Under the pieces are notes generated by a model. The model ran no database searches and was not told where the DNA came from. It was given only the letters and a program-made list of their open reading frames with translations. This document shows, piece after piece, positions 1-16,427 of a stretch of DNA of 64,000 nt. Source of the DNA: the human T2T-CHM13v2.0 reference genome, Homo sapiens. A program made the translations under genes and the position numbers. The first letter of the stretch is position 1; each line of letters opens with the position of its first letter. The stretch lies in NCBI RefSeq assembly GCF_009914755.1, contig NC_060944.1; one strand, given 5' to 3'.

Positions 1-729
1 GAGTAGCCCCACTGTCCTGCAACTCACCTTTTTTTTCACCCCGCACTGCATTTTGGACATCTCTCCACACCAGCACATGTGGACCGACATGTGACAGCTT
101 TCTCCTCTGCAGCAGGATGGCTCTTCCCGCCCCTGCTGCCCCCGCCACCCCTGCTCCTTCCATGGCATTATCCCGACTTGTGTGGCAGAGACACAGTGAC
201 AGGGCAGCCTATCTGAAATGGCGTTCTCAGGCATGCGGATTGTTTTATTACCAGTTAAATATGCTTTATGCTACCTGTGAATGAGGCCATTGTGACATTT
301 AGCAACTGATTTGATTAAACACAGATGTGGGCTAGACTCCACGTGGAGCAAAGATGCAGGAAGACAGGCTCCGGGTGTGGGTTTGGAGTTTTTAAGACGG
401 TGAGAAGGACTTGACGACTCACAGCAGCAAGGCAGATGTGGACCAGGCGTCCTGTTGGTCTCAGAGCTGAGAACGCAACATGGGTACCCCAGGAGGCTTT
501 GTCTGCTTTGGGTTCTGCTGTTTGGTCCTATCCAAATTGTTTTTTTTTTTTTTAACCTTCCCTGGATGTTTTTATTCCTGTGAATTTTTTTAAATGACAA
601 ATTGGTGAAATGCTAGCACTTTTGACATCTTCAGTGGTGATTATGAAGACACAAAAAATTATCACCGTAGCTCCCGTTTGTTGAACATGTACTCGATGCT
701 GGGCTCTGGCCCTTGTATCCCACGTCTCA

Positions 730-880
730 CAGAACCACCACATAAGCCAGATAAACAAACTATGCTTAGCTCCACTTTACAGATGAGGAAACTGAGGCTT
801 AGAAAGTTCAACCATGTGTCCATAGTTATCAGGGAAAATCATGAGTTATATCTGAATTCTCTGTTGTCTTCCAGCCCGTT
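730..880. mobile_element. MIR fragment
   Basis: ttacagatgaggaaactgaggc MIR core. Confidence 0.7.
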
Positions 881-937
881 CCAGGCTCTGAAATCCAAGG
901 AGACAGGACCCTGCTCTTTCTCAAAATAGAAATCTCA

Positions 938-1220
938 GGACTGGGCATGGTGGCTCACACCTATAATCCCAGAAATTTGGGAGGCCGAGGCGGGCAGATT
1001 GCTTGAGCCCAGAAGTTCGAGACCAGCCTAGGCAAGAGAGCAAAACCCTGTCTCTATAAAAAGTAAAAAACTTAGCTGGGTGTGGTGGTGCACACCTGTA
1101 GTCCCAGCTGCTTGGGAGGCTGAGGTGGGAGGATCGCCTGAGCCCGGGGAGGTTGAGGCTGCAGTGAGCTAAGATCACACGTCTACACTCCAGCCTGGGT
1201 GACAGAGTGAGGCACTGTTG
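938..1220 (+). mobile_element. Alu (J-like)
   Basis: Dimeric Alu; TSD aatctcag at 931-938 and 1359-1366. Confidence 0.92.
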
Positions 1221-1360
1221 AAAGAAAGAAAGGGAGAAAGAAGGGAGGGAGGGAGGGAGGAAGGAAGAAAGGAAGGAGGGAGGGAGGGAGGGAAGGAAGA
1301 AGACAGGAAGGAGGGAGGAAGGAAGGAAGGAAGGAAGGAAGGAAGGAAGGAAGGAAGGAA
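1221..1360 (+). repeat. Purine tract ending in (GGAA)11, derived from Alu tail
   Basis: Read directly; GGAA run 1317-1360. Confidence 0.95.
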
Positions 1361-2591
1361 TCTCAGCACGTACTAGGCACTCAACAAAGATGTGATGGCT
1401 GAAGGAAAATGAATGAGCAGCTGAGTGAATGAAAGGTTTGCCCAGGAGGTGAGGGGATGGGGCAGGGCTTGCCAGCTGCAGCCAGGTCTTTGCCTTCACC
1501 ACTTTGTATTCTGGGTAAAGAAAAGAAACAGAGAAATAGACTATGAAGCCTGGGATTTGTCCCTTTCTGGAACTTGGGCTGTGGTCAGGGTGCTTGAGTG
1601 GGTGAATTTTGTAACAGGCTCACGCCTCTCTACCCACTTGTGGCTTTTCCATTCTATACATTATCTGCTGACTACTTTTTATATCACCCCCCCCCCCCAT
1701 CTCATACCTCCAGACCTTTTCCACTTGCAGTCCTGGTAGGTTTTCAGCAATTTTATTTTCACATCAACATCAGTAAGACTTTATTAAGATGGAGAACACA
1801 TGCTTTGAGGTGTCACTGTGGAACCAGTACAGAGGTCCCTTTGCTATGGGGAAAGAAATTGTAAGGTGGAAGGGGGGATGTCTGTTCACTGGGATTACCC
1901 ATGAGGCCTCCTTTGCACTGCCGGGGCTGGCATGTCAGATCCATGGGTGACCATGAGTTCACTGTAGGTTGGCCCAAAAGAACTAAGGCAGGCAGTGGCC
2001 TGTGCAACTTCCCACAGGTGTGTGGAGGCAGGACGGCCTGCTGGCTGGGAGTCAGGCTGACCTGGGCTTGAACCCTGCTCCACCCCTTCCCAGGAGGGCC
2101 TGCTTCCTAGGGCTGTGGTGGAGATTAAACAAGATAATGCATGCAAACTGATAAGCGATGAGGAAGATAGTAAGTGCTCAATAAATGGAGGCTATTATTA
2201 CTAGTTCATTAGTATTTATCCAGCTGCTAATGCCAACAACTGAAAGTCTTCCAAGGGCTTGGATTAAGTTAATACCGGGTTTGGCCCAGGAAAAGGAGGA
2301 AGGGTTTGCATGGTAACTGTCACCTCTCCTTAAAAAGAGGAGGAAATCCAGAAGACAACAAGCCCAAGGAGGGATGTTTAGAATCATCGGTCATCAGAGA
2401 AATGTAGACTAAAGACAACGAATGAGATGTTAGTCCCATAGGCTGGCAAAAATAGCAAGTGGGATTATGCCAAGTGCCTGTAGGGGTGTAGGATGTGGGA
2501 ACCACCTATGGACGGGGCACCCAGCCATTCAGGAAATTAGGTCTGTGCAACCTTGGGACCCAGTGGTCCCACTCTATCCCAGGTCCCACTA

Positions 2592-3025
<434 letters not shown>

Positions 3026-3544
3026 AATGCAAATGGTGGAGGAGGAGACATGCCCACGGCAACATGGGTGGGTCTTAACAACTTAATGCTGGGAGAAAAC
3101 AGAAACCCCACAAAACAATACACACAGAATTTACAGAAACAAATGCCTGCTCCCGAAACACTAGTGCATGTTTTGCACTAATGCACAAACAAGAGAATAT
3201 GCAACAGGCACACCAGAATTAGTGCCTGTGGAGTGATGGGGAATGACAGGAAACAAATAAATAACAGGAGGGGTCTTGGGTGGGCTCATAAGGAAAATGT
3301 GCATGAACCAAATTAACTCTGCCTTAACACCCGAGGTGCAGGATGGTGAGCGGGGAGGGACCGGCTTCTGAGGCTGTCCACATAGTTTCCCACGCTGGGA
3401 GTGCCACAGTTCCTGGGACATAAAGAATCCCTCTGTCCTTTGTATAGTAGGTATAAATCTCAGACTACAGGCTCGAGGGGCCAGAAATAAAACTTTATTT
3501 TCAGCATGTCAATGTAATTTCTGTTTATTTTGTTGTTTGTTTGT

Positions 3545-3879
<335 letters not shown>

Positions 3880-4715
3880 TAGTCATTTGGGGCTTTCCCC
3901 AAACTCTCCAGAATTTTGGCCATGGTTGTGGAATCTTACTCAGTGCTAGTCTATTTGTAGTGCTGAAGGCTCATCCGGTTCTCCATCATCAGGACCCAGG
4001 CCACTGTCTTGGTCTAGGAGGCCCCTTTGGGTCTGGACTCTTCACATCTGTGTCTTTGCCACACTGAGGACCCAGGAACCTTTCACTATTCTGTCTTCCT
4101 AGAGCAGAGATCACAACCTGGAAGCCCACAGCCCCCTCTACACTACAAACACAGTTTTGTTTATTTTGTTTTGTTTTTGGTTTTATTTTTTGGTCCAACT
4201 AACTCGTATTTGTTACCTGCATTTAAAACTCAGGAGATTTTACATACAAATCCAGAAGCCCTGGCTACATTAGACTCACATTCTTATGGGGCAGAGGTTG
4301 GCTGGAGCTGAATAGTGTTCTATCAGTGAGGAATGCTTTTAGCTGCAAGTAATAACAAGCCCAACTAATATTGGCTAAACTATAATCACGTTCATTGTGT
4401 ATTTAACAAGAACTCTCTACCCCAAGGTTCGTTTGGCATCTCAATTATATAATCAAAAATCAGATTCATTTTATCCTTCTCCCATTTTGGCCTCAGCATA
4501 TGAGCCTTTTGCTTCTACTCTCATGGCTTCATGGCCCAACATGGCTGCAGTCACTCCAGGAACATCCTCACATGACTCGGGAGGAGGTGTGGGGAGTGAA
4601 ACAAAAGAATAGTCTTTCCCAGAAGCCCCCTTGGCCAAAACTAGATAATATGGGCCATTCTGAAGAAGGATCCAGCATCACATCCTGCAAGGGAGGCCAG
4701 GAATGCAAGACTTAG

Positions 4716-5330
<615 letters not shown>

Positions 5331-5421
5331 CAACTTCATCTCTTTACTCTCCTTCTTCCCTTGTCTCTTGTCCTACCCCATTTCCCTAGCCTTGAAGAAT
5401 TGCCCTCCTTTAAGAAAATCA

Positions 5422-5722
5422 GGCCTGGCATGCTGGCTTACGCCTATAATCTCAGCACTTTGGGAGGCCTAGGCAGGAGGATCCCTTGAGTCCAGGAGTT
5501 TGACACCAGCCTCGGCAATATAGCAAGACCCCACCTCTACAGAAAATACAAGAAAACATTAGCTGGGCATGGTGTCATGTGCCCGTAGTCCCAGCTACTC
5601 GGGCGGCCAAGGTGGGAGGATCGCTTGAGCCCAGGAAGTCAAGGCTGCATTGAACTATGATGGCACCACTGCACTCAGCCTTGGCGACAGAGGGAGACCC
5701 TGTCTCAACTGAAAAAAAAAAA
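5422..5722 (+). mobile_element. Alu (J-like), head-to-head with preceding Alu
   Basis: Alu consensus, A tail. Confidence 0.9.
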
Positions 5723-7550
5723 TCCCTCTTAATTCATGTTTCCTGCTAAGCCATTTTGCCTACCTCAATCTAATTCACAGTTGGTTCACCAACGGCAGCC
5801 AGTCCACAAACAGCTGCTGGTCTACAGTAACAAATATGGAACTGAGAGAAAAAGTGAGACATGTTTACAGCAATTAGATACGGCCACAGCATCCAAGCAC
5901 ATGATCCTACGCTCATCTCATTGCAGAGGGTGTAGGCGAGTTTGGGACTGTTGCATCACAGGGCCAATTGCCTGTGGTGTGAGTTGCATGCTAATCACAC
6001 ATCGTGAACCACGTCTTAGTCCCCAAAGGGTTAGACATTTGGAAACGGATTCTTCCCCACAGAGCTGAGAAACACAGGCGTACACCTCAGGTCCTCCCAG
6101 ACTCTCAGGAGGACTTGGAACCTCAAGAGCCAGGATAACTCATTTCTGCTGTTCCTTCTTTCCACCTTGCTATGCCCCAGCTTGGGCTCCATGATCCACG
6201 ATGGGACTGTCTGGGAGGAAGAATCCCAAGGCAGCGTCTCAAAACATCACCCTGACACATTTGCCTTCCTGCCTGAATCCTGGGCTCACTTACCACTTCT
6301 CACACGTGATGACGTGATGAGGAATACCTGGTGCATCCTGGACGTCCAATTGTCCACCTCGGACCACCACCCCAGGAGCACTTCCTCAGCAGAGAAGTTG
6401 AGGAGAAATTTCCAGAAAATGTACACATCCTCAGCATTTTCTTGAGTATCTGTCCATTAAACATATCCATCTAGATATGATTTTTAAATGGTCTAATCCA
6501 CCATGTAAAATGGGATCTGGAGTTGAACAGGCCCCTCTGGAGTGCCCCCTTGGACTGCACAGCTGGGGCTGAGTTCGCAGGGAGGTCACCCCGGTATCGC
6601 AGGCAGGCGCTGGCTCTTTTATGCAGTTATCTCCAGTTATTGGGGAAACAGGAAGGCATGGCATCAGGCTCCAGGATCGGTGCAGAAAACATGTTCGCTT
6701 CCCAAGGTACATGTAGCGGCTCTCCTGGCAGCTGTAATAAGGGAGGATGGCTCTTTCGAACTGAAAATATTTTGAAGATCCCAAATCTCACCCAGATTCT
6801 GAGCAGCTCTGGCACATGAGCTGTTTTGTGATCTCAGATCTCGGGTTCGTGTTACATGGGAGGGCCGGGCCCAGCTTGTCCTCCCTCTGTCCAGAAGAGC
6901 CTTCTGCGGTGAATCTCAGCAGCCTGGTTAACGTTGAGTCATAATATTGCCAATAAAAGGAAAGAAAAATATGGAAAGGGGGTATGCAGTTGGTGCCAAA
7001 GGGAGAGGGATTTGTTCCCTCAACTCCGGAGTGGGGCTGAAGGCATCTTTGAACCTCAGATATAGTCTCTTCTCTCGGGCCTCAAGGTGTAGGGTGCCCA
7101 GGAGTGTGGCAGAAGGCGGGGGTTCTGATCTTTCTGGGCCTTTCTGTGCCCTTTCTTTTGCTGCCAAAGCCTGGGAGACAGGCCATGGGGGCAGTGTGGG
7201 GAGGTAGTGGGAGCAGTTTTGTTTTTTAAATTAAGGTAAAATTCCCATAACATAGAATTAACCATTAACCATTTTAAAGTGTACAACTCTGTGGCGTTTA
7301 GTGCGTTCACAGTGTTATGCAGTCACCACCTCCAATTCCAACACATTTTCATCGCCCCAAAAGGAAACCCCATAACCTTTAAGCGGTCATGTCTAATACT
7401 CCATCCCCCAGCCCTGGCAATCACAAGCCTACTTTTTTTTGTCTCTGTAGACTATCTTATTCTGGATACTTTATATGAATACAAATCCCTCAGTATGTGG
7501 CCTTGTATGTCTGACTTATTTTATTTGGCATAATGTTTTTTGGGTTTATT

Positions 7551-7559
7551 TGTGTGTGT

Positions 7560-7605
<46 letters not shown>
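7551..7605. repeat. (TG)n microsatellite in tail of antisense Alu
   Basis: Read directly. Confidence 0.95.
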
Positions 7606-7608
<3 letters not shown>

Positions 7609-7615
7609 GAGACAG

Positions 7616-8441
<826 letters not shown>

Positions 8442-9050
8442 TAATGTTTTCAAAGGTCATCCATGCTGTATGTAGCATGTATCAGAATTTCATTCCTCTT
8501 TATGGCGGAATAATATTCCATTGTATGGCTGAACCACATTTTGTTTATCCGTTCAGCCGTCAGTGGACACTTGGATCATTTCCACCTTTCAGCCACTGTG
8601 AGTAGTGCTCCTGTGAACTTTTGCATACAAGTTTTTGCTTAAATACTTGTTTTCAATTATTTTGGGTATAAACCCAGAAGTACAATTGCTGAGTCATATG
8701 GTAGTTTTGTATGTACCTTTTTGAGGAATCATCCAGTGTTTTCCACAGCTTTTTATGCACCGTTTTACATTCCACCAGCGTGTGTGAGTGTTCCATTCCT
8801 CCACATCCTCACCAACACATTTTTTCTTTTTCTTTTTCTATCTTTATTATGGCCAACCTAGCGAGTGTGAAGGAGCAGCAGTTTTCAGCCCAGACACTCG
8901 TGTTGGGTCATGGGACCTTTCCCACTCTGAGTTTCTGTAAACTGAAGGACAATGCCCACCTTAGAGAGTAGACAGCAGCGTCACATAAGTCACTGTACAT
9001 AGCATCCCCAGCACAGTGTCCAACATGAGAGATGCTGTTCACTGGGGCAC

Positions 9051-9413
9051 TGTATTAGTCTGTTCTCATGCTGCTAGTAAAACATACCTGAGGCTGGGTC
9101 ATTTATAAAGGAAGGAGGTTTAATTGACTCACAGTTCCACATGGCTGCGGAGGCCTCACAATCATGGTGGAAGGCAAAGGAGGAGCAAAGTCACGTCTTA
9201 CATGGTGGCAGGCAAGAGAACATGTGCAGGGGAACTCCCCTTTATAAAACCATCAGATCTCATGAGACTTATTCACTATCACCAGAACAGCATGGGAAAG
9301 ATCTGCCCCCATGATTCAATTACCTCCCACCAGGTCCCTCCCATGACACGTGGGAATTATGGGAGCTACAATTCAAGATGAGATTTGGGTGGGGACACAG
9401 CCAAACTATATCA
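9051..9413 (-). mobile_element. THE1-type MaLR solo LTR
   Basis: tgtattagtc...ccaaactatatca; 5-bp TSD ggcac/ggtac. Confidence 0.9.
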
Positions 9414-10231
9414 GGTACCAAGGCCACCTCCAGGCACCATATTACCCAGTGCTTCTCATTCTCACTGTCATGAAGGACAAGGGCTTCTTCCCCCATTTAG
9501 CGTAAAATAAAAATGAATCACCAGAATATGTATTCTCAGTAGGGGAAATATCATCCCAAGAGGGGAAAAAGTGGTCCCTGGGAGTGGAGCAAAAACACAT
9601 ACACATACAGTCCCAAAACAGATATACAGTCTAACTATAATAGTAAAATTTCATGGGAGGTGGGGCAATTAGGGGAGAAAAAAAAATTATAAAAGAACCC
9701 TGGCGAAGGGTGGCAATAATGAAAAAAAGGTTGAGAAACAATGAAGTTTAAAGCAATTTAAATTTGTTTAATTTTTATTTTATAATTTTTAATAAATTAA
9801 AAGCGTGATTTTTTTATTAGATTTAACAGGCATAAAGTACTGTATTAAATTGCTCTGGAGGTTTAAATTTCTCTATTTATCTCAGACTGGTAATAAACAC
9901 AGTGGCTTTCAATTTCTCTATTTATCTCATCATAGACTGGTAATAAACGGTTTGTGAGCAGGCACCAATCTGCAGTTCACACCTCAGTAGTGCTGTGCAG
10001 AAGCATCACTGCGTCTTTGTCTGTCTGGAATTATCTCACTTCCTTATGTATCTGTTCATTTGATTGTTGTCTGTCTCTCTTACCTGAATGTCAGTGTCAA
10101 CACCATATCTAAAACAGTGTCTGCCACACGGTGATATTTGGTACATCACTAGGAAATGAATTGTTGAATGCCTGAGGGAATGAATGAACAAATTAATGAT
10201 TGAATGAATATCCACTTAAAAATTGTTTTGC

Positions 10232-10518
10232 TGGCTGGGCATGGTGACTTACACCTGTAATCTGAGCATTTAGGGAGGCCAAGGTGGGCAGATTGCTTGA
10301 GCCCAGGAGTTCAACACCAGCTTTGGCAACATGGCAAAACTCCATCTCTACAAAAAATTAGCCAGATGTGGTGGCATGCTCCTGTAGTCTCAGCTACTCA
10401 GGAGGCTAAGGTAGGAGGGTCACCAGAGTCTGGGAGGTCAAGACTGCAGTGAGCTGTGATCATGCCACTGCACTCCAGCCTGGGCAACAGAGTGAGACCT
10501 TGTCTCAAAAAAAAAAAA
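10232..10518 (+). mobile_element. Alu (J-like)
   Basis: Alu consensus, A tail. Confidence 0.9.
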
Positions 10519-11554
10519 TTATTTTACTGAGTCAGGCACTGGAGGCTACTTTTACTTAAAACCCAAGAAAACCAATCAACCAAAAATGGTAGCAGTTCTC
10601 TGCCTTTGACAGAGACTCAAAATAGCAATGTCTTCAACAAGAAAGAAGGGTATTTCTCTCTCACCTAAAAGTCCTAACTAATGTGGCCATTCTAGTCTGC
10701 AAACGTGATGGGGGTCCAAGCTCCTCATGTCCTGTTGCTCAGCTGCATATCCAAGATGGCCCCATTCCATGGAGAAAGAGAAGCTGCCACTGCCCTTCAA
10801 AATTTACTCCTATCCCTTTGCCTAGAACTCATCATGTGGCCACATTTAGCCATAGGGAATCTGGGAATTGTAGTTTTTATTCTAATCAGCCATGTGCCCA
10901 GCTTAGAAACAGATTCTATTAATATGAGAGAGAAGGGGTGAATCAATATTAGGGGACCCTCCAGGAGACCTGCCACCATCACCTTAAGAGGATGTTTTTT
11001 TCATCTCATCTTTGCCTTCCCTCACTGGGCATTGTATCAGCCAGAAGGAAGAAAGAGGTCAGTGTTTCACATTCCAGCACCAAGCCGGGTCTGTTTGTCA
11101 AAACCCTCCAGAGACCACAACTTGTGGCACAAGACTTCAGGGGCCACGTGCCCCCTTCTTCCTGGGTCCTCTCTGGCACAGGATGGATTTCTCACTGCAG
11201 GCACTCTGTGGCTGCCCTCACGCTGTAGTTTGTTCAGCTGTCCATTCTTCAGCTGACCCTGGGTCACAAAATGAAAATAAACAAGAGACTATTTTGGAGA
11301 AAGCATACCAAGGGACAAGACGATAGCCTGTTTATTTCCAAACCTGCCCTGAGTCATCATTCAGAAGGTTCATGCAAAAGAAAAGAGAAATCAGAAGAGA
11401 AAACACTGCAGTCAGGAGTCTTCTGAGACAGGTGGCTTCCTAAGCTTTTGCAAGTAGGGTCACCATGGTAACCAGAACCAAACAGATGACCTCGAATGGA
11501 ATAGACTGACCTAGACCTTCTGCTAAATGTGTCTGGGCAGGACATTGAGGATAG

Positions 11555-11795
11555 AGTGGGATTTTGTTGACTATAGTCAACAAAAATTTAAATGTACATT
11601 CTCAAATAACTGGAAGAGTATAATTGGATTGTTTATAACACAAAGGATAAATGCTTGAGGTGATGGATACCCCATTTACCCTGATTTGATCATTACACAT
11701 TGCATGTCTCTATCAAAATAGCTCATGTCACCCATAAATATATACACCTAATATGTACCCACAAAAATTAAAAATTTTTAAATTAAAAAAAAATT
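11555..11795 (+). mobile_element. L1MA-type 3' end
   Basis: ggatacccc...ataaatatatacacc...A-rich tail. Confidence 0.75.
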
Positions 11796-12649
11796 TAATG
11801 TAACGAACCAAATTGTATATTGAGCTGTTGGCACAACCACATAGAGAGGAACTATCTTAAATGACTTTATTTACACATATTTTTATTCTTTTCCTTTTTC
11901 TTTCTTCCTTCCTGATGTTTCCAGCTTTTTTATCCTTTTCTTTCTATGAGAAGAATTTCCTGTACCCATTCTTTCTGGGTAGAGCTGCTGTAACAAATTC
12001 TTTTGGTTTTCCTTCATTCGAGGATGTCTTAGTTTTCCCTTCATTCCTGAAGGATATTGTCTCTGGATATAGCATTCTGAGTTGATGTTTCTTTTCCTTA
12101 AGCCCTTGAAAAATGTTGTGCCATTTCCTTCCGGCCTCCATGGTTCCTGATGAGAAATCTGCTGTCATTCCTATTCTTTTTCCCTTATTCTGGCACATTT
12201 TGTTTGATTAATAAATGAATGAATAAAAGAATTAATCTTAGCTTCACAGCCTACTAGCTTTATGACTTGGGAAAAACTCCATTCCTAAGCCTCAGTTTCT
12301 CTGTATGGAACATGGGAATGGCAATTATATACCTTCCTCTCAGGATCGATGTGAGGATTAAGTGCAGTTATATACAAAGTGCCTAATACAGTGCTTGGTG
12401 CATAAAGCACTCAATAATCTCAGTGGAATGAATAAATGAATGCATGCATGAATTAATGAACTAATTAATGGCCTCAGTATCTTTGTGTAGAGAAGCCATG
12501 TGCTGCCATGGAAAGGCCCTGAGCTGGGAAGCATGAGACAGGCTTAAGGCCTTCTCTGCTGCCAAGACCAAAGCACAGGATCAGCACTGTTTGCCTTCCC
12601 TCTTTGTGCCTCAGTCTCCCCATTTGGACCATAAAGAATTTGGCATGGA

Positions 12650-12870
12650 CTATTGGTTCTCAATTCTCAGTGTGTACTAGGATCTCCCAGAAAGGTTTGT
12701 TGTTGTTGTTGTTGTTTTCATATACTGATGCCTGGCCCAACTCTAGACTAACTCAAATCAGACTCTCTGTGGGAAGGGCCCTCAGACTGCTTTTTTGTTC
12801 TGTTTTGTTTTTTGTTTCAAGTTCTTTGGGAGATTCTGATGCAGAACAAGGGTTGAGATCCTATGGTTCT
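12650..12870. mobile_element. MER5-type hAT-Charlie element
   Basis: ttggttctcaa...gattctgatgcag...ggttgaga termini. Confidence 0.6.
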
Positions 12871-13249
12871 GATGGATCCATCATCTTGGATAATTTTAGA
12901 GGTGTTGTGGTTCCTTTATTATCCTCTTATCTTCTCCTACCTCACCCCAGGAAGTAAGTTTCCTGGAGTCCATTGTGTTCATTTTAGCCACTTTATAAAA
13001 AGTAGTGTGGGCTCTAGAAGCTTCTTGTTTGATGTAAGTCACCGCTCATTTGAGTAGCCATTTGTTTTCTAACCAGCAACTAGTGTGAATGTTTAGAGAT
13101 GTGCCTGCAGTTGTGCGGTTGCTGCTTTAAAACCTCTGACAGCAGTCCATGCCCCTTCAGCAGATGCAAACCATGCTCCAGGCTTCCGGGTCCTGAAGCA
13201 TCCAGCCCTAACTTTCTTAATCTGGCCTCATCTTATAAAAGAAGTCTGT

Positions 13250-15005
13250 TGATTCAGTCCAATTCCTACCAAAATCCCAGATGGTGTTTAGTAGAAACTG
13301 ACATGCAAAGTAACTAAAAGCCAAAACAAACTTGAAAAAGAACAAAGTTGGAGAACTTATACTACCTGGTTTCAAAACTCACCATAGGCCGGGCTCAGTG
13401 GCTCACGTCTGTAATCCCAACACTTTGGGAAGCTGAGGCAGGTGGATCACCTGAGGTCAGGAGTTCAAGACCAGCCTGGCCAACATAGTAAAACCCCATC
13501 TCTACTAAAAATACAAAAAATTAACTGGGCATAGTGGTGGGCACCTGTAATCCCTTGGGAGGCTGAGGCAGGAGAATCACTTGAACCTGAGAGGCGGAGA
13601 TTGCAGTGAGCCTAGATTGCGCCTCTGCACTCCAGCCTGGGTGAGAAGAGCGAGATTCTGTTTTTTAAAAAAAATCACCATAAAGCTTCAGTAATAAGGA
13701 TAGGATGGAATTGGTATAGGATAGATAAATCAGTGAAACAGAATAAAGTCCAGAAATAAACCTTCTCATTTATGGTCAGTTTATCTTTGGCAAATGTACC
13801 AAGTAATTCAGTGGGGGAAGAAATGGATACCCCTTCTCCATGATGTGTTTATATCATATTTCATACTTATATCAAAACATCTCATGTACCCCATAAATAT
13901 ATACACCTACTGTGTACCCACAAAAATTTTAAAAAATAATAAAATCAGTGGGAGAAAGGATAGACTTTTTATAGTGGTCCTGGAACAACTGTGTGTGTGT
14001 ATATGTATATATACACACATATACATACATATATATGCACATATATATATATGAAAAGATGAATTTAAGTCCTTAATCCACACTGTATACAAAGATTAAC
14101 TTAAATTGGATCATAGACCTAAATACAAGAATACTGTGAAATTTCTAGAAGAAAACACAAGAGCAGTTCTTTGTGACCTTGAATTAGGCAACAAAAGCAA
14201 AATGCATCAAAGAAAAAAATCAACAACCTACAATCTTTTGCTCTTCAAAAGACACCATTAAGAAAAAGACAAGCCACAAACTGGGAGATAATATTCACAA
14301 ATCATGTATCTGATCAAGGACTTGTGTCCAAGATATATAAAGAACTCTTATAACAGTAATAAGAGGCCAAACCTAATTTTTTAAAAAGATTTGACTAGGG
14401 TTTGATGGGAAAAAGATTTGAGTAGATATTTCATCAAAGAAGATATGTGAATGGCTAAAAAGCACATGAAAAATGCCCAACACCATTAGTCATTGGAGAA
14501 ATGCTACTTAAAACCACAGTGAGATACAACCACATACTTCGTAGAGTGGCTGTAATCAAGAAGACTGAAATGACCAAGTGCTGGAGAATCGAGAACTCTC
14601 GTGCATTACCAGTCAGAATGTAAAATGGCACAGCCACTTAGGAAAACAGTTTGGCCATTTCTTTTAAAAGGTAAACATATGCTTACCACACAACTCTGTA
14701 ATTCTACTCTTAGGGATTTACCCAAGAGAAATGAAAATATATATCCATACAAAGACTTGTATGTGAATGCTTATATTGCATTATCCATAATAGCCCAATA
14801 TTGGATGTTGTACATCTATGCCATTGTGCATTGTTGTTTAATGGGTACATAGTTCCAATTTTACAAGAAGAAAAATGTTCTAAAGATGAATGATGGTGAT
14901 GAGTACCCAATAATGTGGATGTAGTTAATGCCACTGAACTGTACACTTTAAAATGGTTAAGAGGGTAAATTTTATGTTGTATATATACCACAATTTTTTA
15001 AATAA
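13250..15005 (+). mobile_element. Old L1M ORF2/3'UTR remnant with nested Alu and a short L1MA 3' piece (about 13824-13945)
   Basis: aaagaacaaagttggagaacttatactacctggtttcaaaac etc.; degenerate ORF2-like peptides. Confidence 0.8.
13387..13675 (+). mobile_element. Alu (Sx-like)
   Basis: Alu consensus; TSD tcaccata. Confidence 0.92.
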
Positions 15006-15009
15006 ATAA

Positions 15010-15765
<756 letters not shown>

Positions 15766-16359
15766 TCAAATTTTTTAAAAACATAATTATTAAGGACCAG
15801 GATCTGGGTAGTGGGCACTATCTCACTTATTTCTCACCATAGCCCTTTGAAAAGGACACCGTTTATTTTCTTCATCTATCCAGGAAATTGAGGTTCAGAG
15901 AAATTTGGTAACCAAAGTCACAGGTTCCATCCCAGCCTGTCAGACCTCAAAGACCCCACCTGGCCATGGTACCCTCCTCCTGCATGTTCCTCTCCGACTG
16001 TAAGAAACCTAACCTGGCTCTTGGGTCTGGGCCGCCAACATGCCATCCGGACAGAGGAAGATCCAGAGACTTAGGGGTCACGTGAGCCATAGCCACGGCC
16101 GCATCAGCAAGCACTTGGAAGCACCCAGGAGGCCGTGGTGATGCTGGTGGTAGGCGTCACCAGAGGATTAGTGTCAACAAGTCTCACCTGGGTTGCTTTG
16201 GGAACGCTGGTGTGAGGCATTACCACTAGGAACCAGAGCTTCTGCCCAGCTGTCACCCTTGAAGCCACATGGAGGGAGGTTCATGAAATGCTAACAACTG
16301 CTTTAAAGAGAAAAAAAGACAAGAACCCTAACCTGTACCCCTGTTCCTCCTTCCCACAG

Positions 16360-16427
16360 GCACAACAGGGTTCTATCAAGGAGGAAATGGACTGGGCAAC
16401 GCAGCCGGTTTCGGGAGTGTGCACCAG
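16360..16427 (+). CDS. EYA2: EYA2 coding exon (probably exon 6), 68 nt, (G)TTGFYQGGNGLGNAAGFGSVHQ; not in ORF track
   Basis: Acceptor cctccttcccacag|GC, donor CAG|gtagac; phase 1 to 0; joins in frame to the next exon. Confidence 0.95.

Noticed and set aside
921-1502. 193-aa minus-strand ORF (longest in track)
   Set aside because: Translation of a (TTCC)n repeat plus antisense Alu; typical artefact
6167-6819. Cluster of 77-117 aa ORFs in unique sequence (possible pseudogene or extra exon)
   Set aside because: No recognisable protein similarity, poly(A)/TSD or convincing splice pair
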